A DNA stretch of 64,000 nucleotides from Octopus vulgaris (Eukaryota). The DNA lies in NCBI GenBank assembly GCA_951406725.2, contig OX597821.1, forward strand, positions 38,316,001 through 38,380,000, read 5' to 3'. Of the stretch, positions 24,351 through 38,639 are shown piece by piece. How positions within the stretch are numbered: the first letter of the stretch is position 1; every line of letters starts with the position of its first letter. The notes beneath the pieces are model-generated. The model did no database searches. It had not been told where the DNA came from and saw nothing but the letters and a program-made list of their open reading frames with translations. Made by a program: the position numbers and the translations under genes.

Positions 24351-26716
24351 ACGTGTATAACTTTGACACTGGAGATTTACTTTGTTACTGCTTTGAATTT
24401 GTCGTCTGTATGCGTTGTTCTAAACGACAAGGAACTGGTTGCTATTTGAAATCCGTTACTGTCCGCATTTTTCATTTCTTTGCTTTGGTTCGATGCTATA
24501 TTTTGGAATGATGTGGAGCGCATAACATTATATACTTGAGGACTGTTTATAACATGCTTACTTACCTGTAATATAGAATGACAACAATTATAACAATAGT
24601 CCTGTTACCTATGAAGTGTACGATCGGCTGCGGGAGCTGTGGTGATGGTGGAGATACTTTTTGCTTGTTGCTGTTTAAAACACGTTAGCAAACCTTGGAC
24701 AGAATGATGATGAACGGCGTTTTATTCACTTACATTGATATTTATGAATTGGCTAACGTCTTGAATTTCTGTATCTGTAGACCTCCACTCATGTGAAGAA
24801 TCGTAGAGGAATCCATGCCATATATAATTTAGATCTAAAATATACAACTTATTCATAGCTGAAATATTACACATACTTTTTAACTCTAAGAATTTCACCG
24901 CACTACTTAATTCCGGATCTGAAATTTTCTGCCAATTCATGCATATGGACAAATTTCTTGGCGAACGGGCAGTCACGAGCCTTTCTGGATTGAACAACTA
25001 TCTCGCAGACTTTGGTCCCCACCCCGTTGAATCATTCTACAACTAGTTTGACCTTTACGGTCGAAGGGAGCATAACTTTAATTTCCTATCTGTTCTTTTC
25101 TTTTTCCGTTTTTAGTCACCCTTTCTATTTTTGCATCAACCTTCTCATATTTTTCTCGTGTTTTCTCATGTATCAGCATCTTAATTTTCAAATGGAACAC
25201 ACCATTGCTTGGAGACATTAGGCACGTTATCGAAAACCTGACTAGATACCTGTCTCCACGGCATGAAACTATTAGTAGCTCGTATCTTTATACATTAAAT
25301 GATATTGATCTCTCATTGTGAGGTGCGTTTTTCTTATTGATCTTACCAAAACGGAAAAGAAAGCTATACATACATACACACCACACACAAACACACGCAT
25401 AGACATACATATATGTATGTAGTTGTGTATGATGTGTAAGTATATAGTTTTTTTTTGTTGTTGAAACTGATGCTTGAGTTTCTATAAGACATATCCTCTA
25501 TAACATGAATAGAGCACTCCTTTCTCATTCGTTCGACATAAAGCAACATATATTCATTTATCTGTTCCTTCCCCCCTCTCTTTCTACTTATCTGTCTAGC
25601 TAGCTGTCTGTCTATCTATCTATTTACCTATCTGTCTGCGTGTGTGTGTGCATGTGTGTGTATATGTGTGCGTGTGCCTGTGAGCGCGCGTGTGTTTATA
25701 CATACTGCAATGCATAAACAAAGTTAAGCACGGAAACCAGTTCTACTATGATAAGCGGGAATTATTATTTATTTATATATTTGTTGTAAAATGAACATGA
25801 ATATATATTTTGGACTTCCTTTCTAATTGTAAAATACCCAAGTTTTAGATTCCAAACTTTGCTTTAAGTTTCTTGTCACTTTGAAGATGATCGCTAAATT
25901 TTTCTTCTGGACATAAATATACAACAAATATTATGTATAGAATAATTTGATATATACTTGCAGCATCTGTGAGAATTGAGATTCAAAAATAGAAGGGACA
26001 ACAGAAAGAAACAACCAAATAAAACAACTTCAGCGAACTTAAATCTAAAGCCAACTATTGTAGTAAATAGTGTCTGTATATCTCCATACATCATCATGGA
26101 AGAATAGTAACTTTCAACTTATATTGATGCTGTGTGATCCAATGTAATCTGGCTTCTATCAATATTTTTTATGTTTTTAAATTTATTCCCGGAACATTCA
26201 GTGTTTTTTTTTTACTATTTCTTTTTGCAAGGAAATACTGATTGTTGTATGATATGTACAGCTGGGCGCAAAACTGATTGTAGCTCGCACAAATGCAATG
26301 AGAAAGATATCTCAACTTATAAAATCATGTAGAAACTGCCATTTTTCAACCTACAGGGATTTAATGCGTAATGATTCCTTCAGCGTGTAATAGCATGGAA
26401 AGGAAACGAAACATTTATTGAAATGGTTTCACGTCATCCATAATATTACATATGATACCATTAGAAATGTTTATGTGATTTTTGTCCCATTAGAATTTAG
26501 TTTTTATCTGTCATGTTCAAACATTCACTGATTATAACGGAACTGTCGCCATTGAAATTTGGTTAAGAACTTTACGATGCAGCAATCTCTCTCCCGATTT
26601 CAATTCTGCTCTTTCAATTTCCTTCTCCCTCTCTCGTACTTTCTCCTTCTCTGACTAAATCTATTTATATGTAATCTATTTATGTGTCAATCTATCGTAT
26701 GTAAATACTTAAGCTG

Positions 26717-26753
<37 letters not shown>

Positions 26754-27081
26754 TTGAAACCTCAATAGGAATGGTGGGATAAGAGTATGCTTGTATGCAT
26801 GTGTGTGTATTACTATTGAGAGAGATGGAGACATGGAGAGGAGATAAGGAAAAAAACAACATTAGATAGTGAATGGGCAAGGTTAGAAAAGAAGGACTAA
26901 AAAGATAGACAGGGAGAGACTTTCTTTCAAAGAGAGAACATGGAGAAATTATGAATGCTTATATCGACATATATTTATTTGCTGGAGCAATTCAGCGTAT
27001 ATTTGTGATGTGTCATGCATATACCTCAGCTTACATGCGAAATAAATGTAGCATTAAAAAAGACATCTGTCTTCGCTATTA

Positions 27082-27087
27082 AATATA

Positions 27088-27129
<42 letters not shown>

Positions 27130-27207
27130 ACATATATATATATATATACACATACATATATATATACATATATATATATATATGCATATATATACATATA
27201 TATATAC

Positions 27208-27238
<31 letters not shown>

Positions 27239-27326
27239 CACATATATATACATATATATACATATACACACAGGCACATATATATATCTAAATATAATGG
27301 TAAGTATATATGTATTAAATATATGC

Positions 27327-27361
<35 letters not shown>

Positions 27362-27510
27362 TACGGGGGGTGTTTGTATATGTATCCATATACATATATA
27401 CATATACATATATATACACACAGGCACATATATATATATATATATATATACATCTAAATATAATGGTAAGTATATATGTATTCACACACACACACGCACA
27501 CACACATGTG
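27082..27510. repeat. TA/CATA compound microsatellite with a duplicated unit of about 50 bp
   Basis: acacaggcacata..ctaaatataatggtaagtatatatgtatt occurs twice. Confidence 0.9.
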
Positions 27511-27808
27511 ATGTAAGCATGTACTTATATTTATATATAAAACAGCCAAATGAATGGAAGAGCAAAATGCCAACACCAGTTCATTTAGATGGCTACGATT
27601 GAATGTAATAGACAATGAAACGTCAGATGATAAGCCATGATTGTAGTGAAGTAAAGCGTCGTTTAAGGAAGCTTGCTGATAAATTACCCATTTACTGAAG
27701 GTTTATATTCAATTTCTGTACGCTCTCTTTCAAAGATATTCATTTATACATAGGTATATATGCATAAATACATACATATATACATATACTTACATATATT
27801 CATACACA

Positions 27809-27859
<51 letters not shown>

Positions 27860-27936
27860 TGTGTGTGTATGACTTAGGAGAGGAAACATACTAAATAGAT
27901 CCCAGTATATGAATACATATATACACACATATACAA

Positions 27937-27974
<38 letters not shown>

Positions 27975-28314
27975 GGATATATATATCCTTTATGGTCGGC
28001 GGACTTCATAGTAAGTCAACGGTCAATTAAAATAATAACAATAATGATATCAACACAACAATAAAACAGCAACAACAACAATAATAATATCTAGCAGAAG
28101 AACACAACTCGCATTACACGTACAATACGCAATACAAACACTAATGAAACAAAAGACTGCAGCCAGACCCCATAACAAAACAAATTGATGCAATAAAATA
28201 CGGGGAAGAGTTTGCATACCCACGAGCAACAAACAAAAAGGAACATACACCCCAGGATCACGGTGTTGCAGGTGGTGCAGTAGAAATTTGCCTGAAACTG
28301 CCAAATGTTGAAAA

Positions 28315-28316
<2 letters not shown>

Positions 28317-28373
<57 letters not shown>
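28317..28373. repeat. (TAG)n microsatellite
   Basis: Direct inspection. Confidence 0.97.
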
Positions 28374-28374
28374 A

Positions 28375-30040
28375 TAACAACTCAATACCTTGTTAACTGT
28401 CGACCAAGTAACACCAGATTTGTTGACATTGGGTAGGACAATGCTGTGCCTGAAAAACATCGAAAAAGGCAATATGGTAGACAATTACAGGCCGATATCC
28501 TGTTTGCCAGTTATGTGGAAGTTATTGACCGGAATACTCACAAAGTCAATGTACCGAACATCTGGGGAAAAAAATGGAGTCCTGCCACATGAGCAGAAGG
28601 GTTGCAAACATAAGTGCAGAGATACCAAGGATCAACTCCTGATAAACAAAACTGTACTTAGAGATTGCAAGAAGAGGAAAAGTAACTTAGCCACGTCATG
28701 AATCGACTATCGTAAGGCGTACGATATGATCTCATATTCTTGGATTATGGAATGTATGAACCTATTTGGCATTGCATCGAATGTTGAACGATTGCTTGGA
28801 AAAAGTATGGCGAATTGGAGGACGGACCTGACAGCATACGGAAGAAGTTAAGGCACAGTAGAAATTAGGAGGGGCATCTTCCAAAGGGACTGCTTGTACC
28901 CACTGATCTTTGTATTGTGCTTGATACCGCTAACACTGATTCTGAGGAAAGCAAAAGCTAGTTATGTATTCAAAAACCGCCAACTACAAATCAACCATTT
29001 GTTATTCATGGATTACCTCAAACTTTATGGTAAAGATGAAGCCCTAGTCCGTTCCCTCGTTGATACGGTGTATACTTTCAATGCTGATATCAGAATGGAG
29101 TACGGACTGAGAAAGTGTGGTGTGTTAGTCTTGAAGAGGCAAAATCAAATGTATGGACGGGTTAACGATACCGTCGGGCGTGGTTATAAAACAGATAGAA
29201 GAGACGGGCTATAAGTACTTTGAGGTATTGGAAATGGATAAATTGATGGAGGAAGAAATGATGTGTTGTTGTAGCAGAAAATGTTAGTGTTGATATTAAG
29301 AAAAAGAAATATAATGGGAGTGACAAAAGAAAAGATCTATTCTGGAAAAGAAGAATACAGGTGGGGTTAGATATGCTCTCGAAGGACATTTCTGTGTTGG
29401 ACCGAAAAGAGAAGGGAGAGTTTAAAAGAGAACAAAAGATACAGGTCACTGAATAGGAAGTATGATATTGAAAGAAAGGGCCTGAAAGTGGTAATGGGGG
29501 AACTGAAACAGCCCCGCTGCAAAGGAAACAAAGAATGTAGGATACGACCAAAGAATGAAGGGATACAGATGAAAAGTTGATACCGGATTACATTGAAAGT
29601 CAAATGTTTTGGAGTGACATCTGGAGCAAAGACAAGGAACAAGGAGCACAAGAAGGATGCTGAATGGTTGCAAGAACTGAAACAAACAGTAGTCTGTCAA
29701 AACTAGTCATTTCAGTTAGGGAAGTGAAGGAAATCAGCAAAAACATGGGCATCTGGAATCCCCGAGAACGGTGGGTAAAAATCCTGAGAAGTACATGGAA
29801 AAAATAGGGGCTATAATAAGGGTGGAGCACTTGCAGAAAAGAACACTGCTTGGAACCACTCGAATACTCTGGATGATGCTCGAAAAATAAGGGGTGATAT
29901 CTTAGTTCACTGGTAGGGAACGGCTCTACACCATAATACATCTCCAGCGTTAGAAGCTATGCAAATCAATAAATAACAACAACAACAACAACAACAATAA
30001 TAATAATGATTAATAATAACAACGATAATAATAATAATAA
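28375..30040 (+). mobile_element. R4/Dong-type LINE: RT core, displaced pre-RT segment and 3' end
   Basis: NYRPISCLPVMWKLLT, EQKGC, IDYRKAYD, RGIFQRDCLYPLIF, NHLLFMDYLKLY; 3' end 29770-29970 matches 1750-1945; (CAA/TAA)n tail. Confidence 0.92.
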
Positions 30041-30516
30041 ATATATCAACTTACTACACGAAAATTCCATGTAAGCATAATTAAATCTAATTAGTATGTC
30101 GATAATTTCCTAATATGTGCCAACTATGGATAAAATATAAATGTTTATGTTTTCCTAAATAATGTGTAAGGAATCGATGCCAGTAGCTGCTCTACATCAC
30201 TTTAAATCCAGCCATTTTATTATTAATCACTGACTCGCTCTAATATATGAGATATCTCATTCATTTCAATTCAAATACACACACAGGTAGGCATAGACAG
30301 AAAAATACTGGGAGTGAGAGAACAAGTTTCTAAGTTTGTCGAAGAATAAAGAATATTACAATGAACAGATAATTTCATATATAATATATATATATATACA
30401 CATGTATATATAAATATATATATATATATAAATAAATATATACATATGCATATATATATATAATATATATAAATGAATATATATATACAAATATCCACCT
30501 ATAAATACTTGTGATA

Positions 30517-30584
<68 letters not shown>

Positions 30585-31422
30585 GAGAGAAGAAAATGGA
30601 GTTCACGAGATTATTATTCACTACGGTCATTTCAACCCATCGTGCCTCGCGGGTGAGATGCTGTACAAACAGTTGTGGTACATCGTAGGCGTAGGTATCT
30701 CGCAGGTGACTTGTCCAAAGGTATCATGTTTTTTAATCTCCGTTTCACTGGTTTCGATTAAAACACATTTTGGTAGTTGTAGTTCGCCTTCGTCTACACA
30801 AGGAACTGGGTTATAATGTAGAACGCTTTTCGTATAAGTAAGGAAGGGACTTATAAGGAACTAAAACAAAAAAAAATAATAAACAAGTTAATCAAATAAT
30901 ATAATTTCCACTGATAATGAAAAACGTTAATTAACACCATAAAACAAACATGGATAGAATAAAAAGGAAACCACAATATACAATCGGATATTCAAACTGA
31001 CTCAAGGTGGCCCTTACATTTTCCCGAAGCAGAAGATATATCTACGTACAGACATACACACATAAAGCCATATTCACTTATTAGCTTTTGCACCGTGCAG
31101 AGACATCCGTTGACAGGCCAGTGTTTGAACACACACGCACACTCACACACACACACGCATACCAGACAGTAAACTTGCGTAGTTTACCACTCTTATCTAT
31201 TTAGTATCTAAATAACCCGTTTGATTTAGTATCCATCGACGTCTGTATGGTTTCATCCCGTAGATACATACCCTTGATTGATTTATGCTTACACACCAAC
31301 ACAAATTCATTCATCCACAAATACAGATTCGTACATGTATATGCATGTACACCCACACACATATATATTCATGCATGTAAATATGTATATACGTACGTAT
31401 GTATATATATATATATATATTC

Positions 31423-31485
<63 letters not shown>

Positions 31486-31559
31486 CGTACACACACGCAC
31501 AAAAATACACATAAATACACATAAAATAAATACACATATGGAAGTGACGTTTCACGAGT

Positions 31560-31821
31560 TTCCTTCAAAAGTATCACCGCTGCAAAGAAATCCTTAGTTT
31601 AGTCATGGAATCGTTTAAGCGAACAAGTCGTTCGGCGTTGGTATGACTCGTTTAAGAGAAGTGATTGTGAAGGCTAAGGTCGGTCATATTGAATGAAACG
31701 TATCTTAATATGTTACATGACCATACTTAATCAAATCGTTAAAAAAATCGAGTGTTTTTATGACCTTTACAAAAAATTGTGACTGAAAATCAATCTAGAA
31801 TTGCTTACGGTGCACCCTGTA
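31560..31821 (+). mobile_element. Tc1/mariner-superfamily 3' end fragment
   Basis: C-terminal RLREVIVKAKVGHIE* and terminal GCACCCTG-TA. Confidence 0.6.
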
Positions 31822-32025
31822 TGTATTACAGTAATGTTTCATCGTTCATACTTTTGGGTTGAATTCCCATTTCAGAAGAAATCGTCGAGCTGAAATAGCA
31901 GGAAATCACAGTGTGTGAGTGTCAATTAATTCTCCTCATATACTAGTGATTTGTGAACTCTGTACTTTGGCTAGAAATCTTTTTGCCAAAACAGATGTAA
32001 CTGAGTTGAGAGAAATAGTAGACAA

Positions 32026-32256
32026 GGTGGCGAGCTGGCAGAAACGTTAGCACGCCGGGCGAAATGCCTAGCGGTATTTCGTCTGCCGCTACGTTCTGAG
32101 TTCAAATTCCGCCGTGGTCGACTTCGCCTTTCATCCTTTCGGGGTCGATTAAATAAGTATCAGTTACGCACTGGGGTCGATATAATCGAGTTAATCCGTT
32201 TGTCTGTCCTTGTTTGTCCTATCTGTGTGTAGCTCCTTGTGGGCAGTAAAGAAATA
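32026..32256 (+). mobile_element. SINE family B, full length
   Basis: Intact head, body and tail; TSD AGAAATAGTAGACAAG (32011 and 32257). Confidence 0.93.
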
Positions 32257-34345
32257 AGAAATAGTAGACAAGTAGACTAGATGAATAAACATTGAACACG
32301 AAATTACACACTTCAGCGTCAGGGTCTATGCCTTCCAGTTTTATATTTTGAAAGGATAAATTCCATTACACATTGGACCATTTACATATTGTATGTCAAG
32401 TCTTTTTGGTGAGGCCCAAAACTAAACTTAAAATAAAATAAAGCTGAGCTCCAGTGTAAACCTACTCCTAGGAATAGTGTTAGACCATTTAGAATATAGA
32501 ACGAAAAGTGTTTGACTGAAAGTCAGTGTGTTTACTGAAAACAAAATATTCAAGAAAACACATCTTGTTGGTCTCATTATTTTTTGATAAAGATTTTAAC
32601 GCAAAAATTTACTATCGTAACATAGATTTATATAGTGCTTTCAGAAATCAGGTTTAAGATAATGTGTCATTAGAATGTAAAAATTTGTTTATCAAAGACT
32701 TTCAACTTCCAATATTTCCATTTGCAAGATGTCAACGTGTGTATTGAATACAGTTTTTAAAGATATATATGTATATATACACTTTTTTTTATCTGGTTAT
32801 GTTTTTAAGGTTGAAGTGTTTGTATTAATAAATAAATAATTAGGTTTTAAATTCGTGTTTTATTCTGGTTTTCTACATCCCTGTCTTTCCTTGAATATCG
32901 TTTTATAAAAATTAATAAAATCTTAAAATTGAAACCGGCACCGAAAAATTTCCTAATGAATTTTACGAGAAAGACAATTTCTCAAATACAACACGCTGAG
33001 AGAAGAAATCTGCCTGGAAGCCGATGGAAGTTTCGCTTTGAGTAGAGTTTACGATAGACATGAACTTCGCAAACCTTAATAAACAGAGACATTTACGACA
33101 CATAATTACTAATTTTTAATGGTTCCCCCATTTCTTTTGAATTAAACATCAAACTTCGAAGACAGACACAAACGCTGAACGGGGGCCACACACAGTTCAT
33201 GCATTTCAATTTCACTTCCTGTTTCTGACACGCAGCTGTCTACTCTGAAGTCAAACTCGTACATTTCAAGTTTAAACTCTTCATTTTGAAGAGAAATGAA
33301 AGAAATTTAATATACGAGAAGCATTAAATGATGCTATATTCAAAATTATTATCTCAGCTATCTTGATTATAATTCAGGTGTTAGGGAAAACAAGCAATTC
33401 AATGTGGCAAAGTTTGCTTATAATTATAGTGTATGCCAGCTATCTTCAACTATCTTATACTCTTTTTACTGCTATAATGTGCTTGGTATCTCTTTAAACT
33501 CTACAAATACATCCTATACAAATCATATAATATCCCCACTAAACATTGCACTTATAAGAATCATTTACATACAACATAAATATCATTCACATTACAGGCA
33601 CTGCTTCGGCAATCCTATACAATATTCTTTAATGATGACAACATGACAACCTGTTTCAACAGTAAAATCATATAATTGTTGCACATTCAAAAGAATTCAG
33701 GCAAATACTTCATATAGTAGACAGTTATGGACATGTCTGAAAAAAAAAAGAGAGACGTCAGTGTCATGAAGACGTCTACTTCACAAATGCATGATACCGA
33801 GTCTTTCGTTATTTGTCTTCTACAAGAGTTTCAGATTAACGAATAAACGGAGACAGAAACTTTGGAGAGGTGTGTCACGCGTGCGCGTGCAAGTGTGTGT
33901 ATGAGTGTACACAGAGAAAAGAGAGGGAGAGAGAGAAAGCGGGCATCCGTTACACTGCATTTGAATTTGAAGCTTCTTGATTTGTTATTGAGTTTATTGT
34001 TGCACATTAATTCAACGATTGTAGAAGGGAAGCAGTGTGACTGTCTGTTAAAAGTATTCGTAAACACATCTAAATATGATTAGTCATCGAGTTTTGATTG
34101 GTTGCCTATAGCCTATTGAAAATTGAACCAGATTTCAATATATTCATTTGTCATATATAGAACATGTTATAAAATATTCCTACATCCACATGCAAGACAT
34201 GTGATGCATTCATGTCTTCAGTATTATGTGTAAAACATAAAACCAAGGATAGAACTTACTGTTAATGTCCCTTAAGTGTTCATGATTAATTGAATGTTCT
34301 TTTTTTTTCCAGTATATGATCATCTTCTAGTTTATGGCAAATCAA

Positions 34346-34727
34346 TCTCTCTATATACGAAGTTGTCTGTGTATGGCAGGTTTGGTAGCCTTCAACTAAC
34401 ACTATCTCCTTTGAGACCCTTCGGCGCAAGATGACCAAAATTGAGAGTATGATAGAAGGCTTGCTCGTCCTTCTGTAGAAGATAAAATTCAAATCGGACC
34501 ATGTTAACACCAAAAATTATTTACATCAAAAAGGTGTTTTTTTCTATGAAAATCTCTATATTTTACGATTTTTTGACTGCTGTGTCGCCATTTTTCGGTG
34601 TATTTCAACCAGAAAAATGTTCACTTAAAGAGAATAACAAGGTACATAATGCAAAAGTTTTACTTTTCAAAAATTTTAATTCCAAAGGGTCGAAACAAAC
34701 CCGAGCAACACCGGATGATACTGCCAG
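34346..34727 (+). mobile_element. Non-autonomous Helitron-like element
   Basis: A|TCTCTCTATATA start, subterminal CCG-agcaacac-CGG hairpin remnant, CCAG|T end (CTAG-like), between A and T. Confidence 0.6.
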
Positions 34728-34899
34728 TTATGTAATAAAACATCTCTGAAATATTAATGGAATTTTCTGCAAGACTTTATCAATTCTGAAATTGTGTTCA
34801 CATTTGCGAAAGGCAATAAACCTCTTTCAAAATAGAAAACTCATTTATGAGACAATAACCTCTTACCTTTTTCATAATTTAATAATGCAAAAAATGAGG

Positions 34900-36624
34900 C
34901 ACTAAGCCTCTTACTTATATTCATTATACATTTTCCTGTTCGACCAGGCTCCTGTCTTCTTTGAAGCACCTAGACGGTGCCAAGCCGGACCACTTCGCCA
35001 TGAATCTAAAAGAGTCCTCTGGGAAGGAATTCATTATCCTGCACAGATAGGTTTCCCATATGACCTCCGCAGCCACCTGCGACGGCCAATCAGGGTTCTC
35101 CGTGCAGGGCAGAATCCCCTCCCACCAGCCTTTCTTTTTAAACTTCTTAGCAAACTTTTCTAATGTTCCTCCCTTATGGAAGAGGCCCACAAATTCCTCC
35201 TCCACAGGATGGGAGGGATCTACAGTTTCCACCTTCGGTGACACAACTCCCACCGAGGGTGCTTCGGGACACGCCTTTGAGTGAAGGGAGGGTGGAGTTC
35301 CTCCGCTTTGTCCAGCGGATCCTCCCTCCCTCCCGCAGCCTGCAGATCCTTTGGTGGGCAACAATGGTTGCCCACCTTTCGTTTTTGTTTTGCTTTTTTC
35401 GATTAGGTTTCCACCTCCTCGACTTTCTCCTTCTCTCCTTCCAATGAGGGAGCAGGGAGCAGTTCCAGGACCTTATTTTGGTCCCGAGGGCAGTTCTTTT
35501 TAATATGGCCCGGTTCCAGGCAAAAGTGAGACTTGAAGGGGGCATCCCTCAAGCATCACCGGATACCTAGACCCGGCCATTCTTTAAAAATCTGGAAATA
35601 CCAGACTTTCGGCTGATTGGGTCCATAGGGTCAAAACAGCTTTTGACCCCTCCCAATCAGCCGCAAGCAGGATATTCACATTTTAGAGCTTGGTATTGCT
35701 GTCACCCAGACCCCGGTGGCTAGTATCCTCTATCCACTCGGGTTCAGTTCCGGTTAGCAAGCCCTCGCTAACTTCTCCCCACAATAAGTGGGAAGAAACA
35801 AAATTTCTTTGCCCTCCAGGGGCTGGCTCGTGAATTTGCGAGCTTCTTCGGGGGGTGTCAAATAGCAACCACACCATTGCGTATTTGACCCCACGAGAGA
35901 TATACTTAATAATTGACATATGTCCCGCCAACTCTTTTTCAATTTCATTTTTCTCAAAGACGACGATGGTGTCGAGGGACTTGGAGTAAATTCTCAACAC
36001 CAACGTCTTCTTTTTGAACTCTTCCAACCATTTCTTGGGTGGCACTATTTCCCACTCCACAATTTTATTCATTGTTTTTTGCCATGTTAAATGAAAAGTT
36101 CAAACAATAGTTAAAAAATTCAAATTCAACCAAACAGGAAGAAGAAAAAAAATTAGCAGTTCAATAAAGAGTTTGAAAATAAAAGATAGAAGAAGAGAGA
36201 GCGACAGTTCAAAACACACAGCAAAAACTCCTTTGCCCACACGGTACGGCCGGCCTCCAATTTGAAACTGGAACACAGCTTCTCACAGTTGTGTTATAAT
36301 TCCACATAAACCAACTTTTTCCGCGAACAATTCTCAAAATTAATTGAGAACAACACAATTCTCGAACTAAGTTTGGATGCGGGACACGCCTCCAAACAAC
36401 AATTCTCACAATTAAGTGAGAAAAGCTAAATGCTCCACTGCAGGCAGACCAAAGCCCAGAATCCAGTGAATACTCCTTGCTTGTACAAAAAATAATTATC
36501 ACAAACAACGAAACCCTACTGGACCCAAAAACCAAAAAGTCTTACTTTACAGTAGAGATTCTTTCATTAACAATTTTCGTCCGCTACAAACCAGTGTGAC
36601 GACTCTGACGGTGTAATGAAGAAA
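34900..36624 (-). mobile_element. Second ORF1-only (HAL1/Tx1-like) retroelement, decayed
   Basis: KYISRGVKYAMVWLLFDTPEEARKF..ILFLPTYCGEK aligns with the 14693-14956 peptide; knuckle SHFCLEPGHIKKNC; no ORF2 seen. Confidence 0.72.
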
Positions 36625-36678
36625 ACTGAACAACCGGAACCGGAAGCAAGCTTCTTACCACACAGCCTCTCCTGCGCC
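36625..36678 (-). mobile_element. SINE family A tRNA head only
   Basis: GGCGCAGGAGAGGCTGTGTGGTAAGAAGCTTGCTTCC..GGTTCCGG..GTTCAGT. Confidence 0.8.
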
Positions 36679-37167
36679 TATATGTAAACATATTTTGATT
36701 TTCATTTAACATGACTTCATTTCGAAACATGGAAACTTTTCTATCTTTTTTTCTTATTTCAACCTTAAATTAATATTATAAATTTCGTATGTCTTGTTCG
36801 TTTTCCCACGAGAAATTTCATCACGCATGCATAGAGAATAGCGCCTTCATTTTCTTCAGGTAATGCTAGGGTTATATATATATATATGTGTGTGTATGTG
36901 TGTGTGTGTATGTGTGTGTGTGATTATTATGCGATTATATACTTATATATTACATATGGGTATATATTGCACATGTATGCACACACAGACATTTATATAT
37001 ATGTATATATAAACAACAATATTTTTGAGGACCTGTTCACGGCTCAGGACCCATGTTCGACGGTTTCTCATATTTTTTTGGTTGGTCTGTCTATATGCTT
37101 CTGCAGTACGTCTGTGTGCGGATGTATATACCGATGGTTGTGCTTATGTCTTTGCATGTCTTTGTGA

Positions 37168-37174
37168 GTGCATA

Positions 37175-37229
<55 letters not shown>

Positions 37230-37258
37230 GTGTGTGTGTATTTATAAATATATGAATG

Positions 37259-37296
<38 letters not shown>

Positions 37297-37425
37297 TATA
37301 TGAATGTATTTATATATATGTGTATATATATGTATATATACATGTATATACATATATATTATATGTATATATACATGTATATACATATATATTATATATG
37401 TATATATATATACATATATATATAT

Positions 37426-37470
<45 letters not shown>
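37168..37470. repeat. TA/TG compound microsatellite
   Basis: Direct inspection. Confidence 0.95.
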
Positions 37471-37473
<3 letters not shown>

Positions 37474-37794
37474 AACATATATAAAGACAGTTATGCTAAA
37501 CGATCAGTCATTGATGTAAATGTTCCGACAAAATTCTCCGTCTTGAAGGTTAGATGGAGTTTTACTTTGTTTTCTTACAATCTGGTCCCATAAAAGGAAG
37601 AACATTTTAACAATTTCTCTACTTTCTTCTTTTTTCTCTTTCATATACCAATAATACAGAACCATTTGATTCTGGTTTATTTCCTTCTGTCTTCCATTTA
37701 TCTTTTACAAAATCATATCCATACACAACATACACGTATATAATACATACATACATATACATACATTCATGCACACAGATACAGAAACACACAA

Positions 37795-37900
37795 TACATA
37801 CATACATACATACATACATACATACATACATACATACATACATACATACATACATACATACATACATGCATACATACATACATACATACATACATACATA
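37795..37900. repeat. (CATA)n microsatellite
   Basis: Direct inspection. Confidence 0.97.
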
Positions 37901-38639
37901 CACCAATATAAAATTCACTGCTTTTTTATGCAAACCAACTTTTGTATGATCTGAATCTAAAAAAAAAGCCGTGAATATTGTGTATAAGAAAATTGAAATT
38001 TCTTCAATTTCTATAACACTGATGTCTATCATCGATATTAAATGTTGTTATATAATTACATTGAATCGACAGCAAAGAACATGCTTTCTTCTCACATTCT
38101 ATGTCGATCTTCTTCAGCTCGACTTAACATTTTACAGAGTTTATATATTTCCACTGAAGTAGAAGCGGTTTTTGTTTTTTTGCTGATAACGTTTTACGAT
38201 TATGTTCTTTTCGTATCTAATGTATATTTCATAATCTACCAACCATAACATTAATATTATACACAATTTAAATCGTGATAGATGATACATTTAAAATTTT
38301 TTTTTACATTAATTATTAATGTTTTACATCTTTCTTTCGAATTTAATCAGATCTATAGCAATTGTTGGATTGTTATTTATTTAATACTATTCATTTAAAA
38401 TAAAAACTATTTATTCATATTAGATTGTTATTTTCCTATTACACAGTTCAAGAATATAATGAGAAAGACAAATCTATGATCTTAGAAAAGAATGGTATTC
38501 TATTCTCTTCGAACTTGTGTTACAGAAAAAATACCTCGATTAGAGAAAACTTACACCTCATAATTACTTTAGGCTTTGATATTGTCTATATTGTAATTGG
38601 TGTGTATTTAAACATATGAGGGTGCATACATCAGCACAC

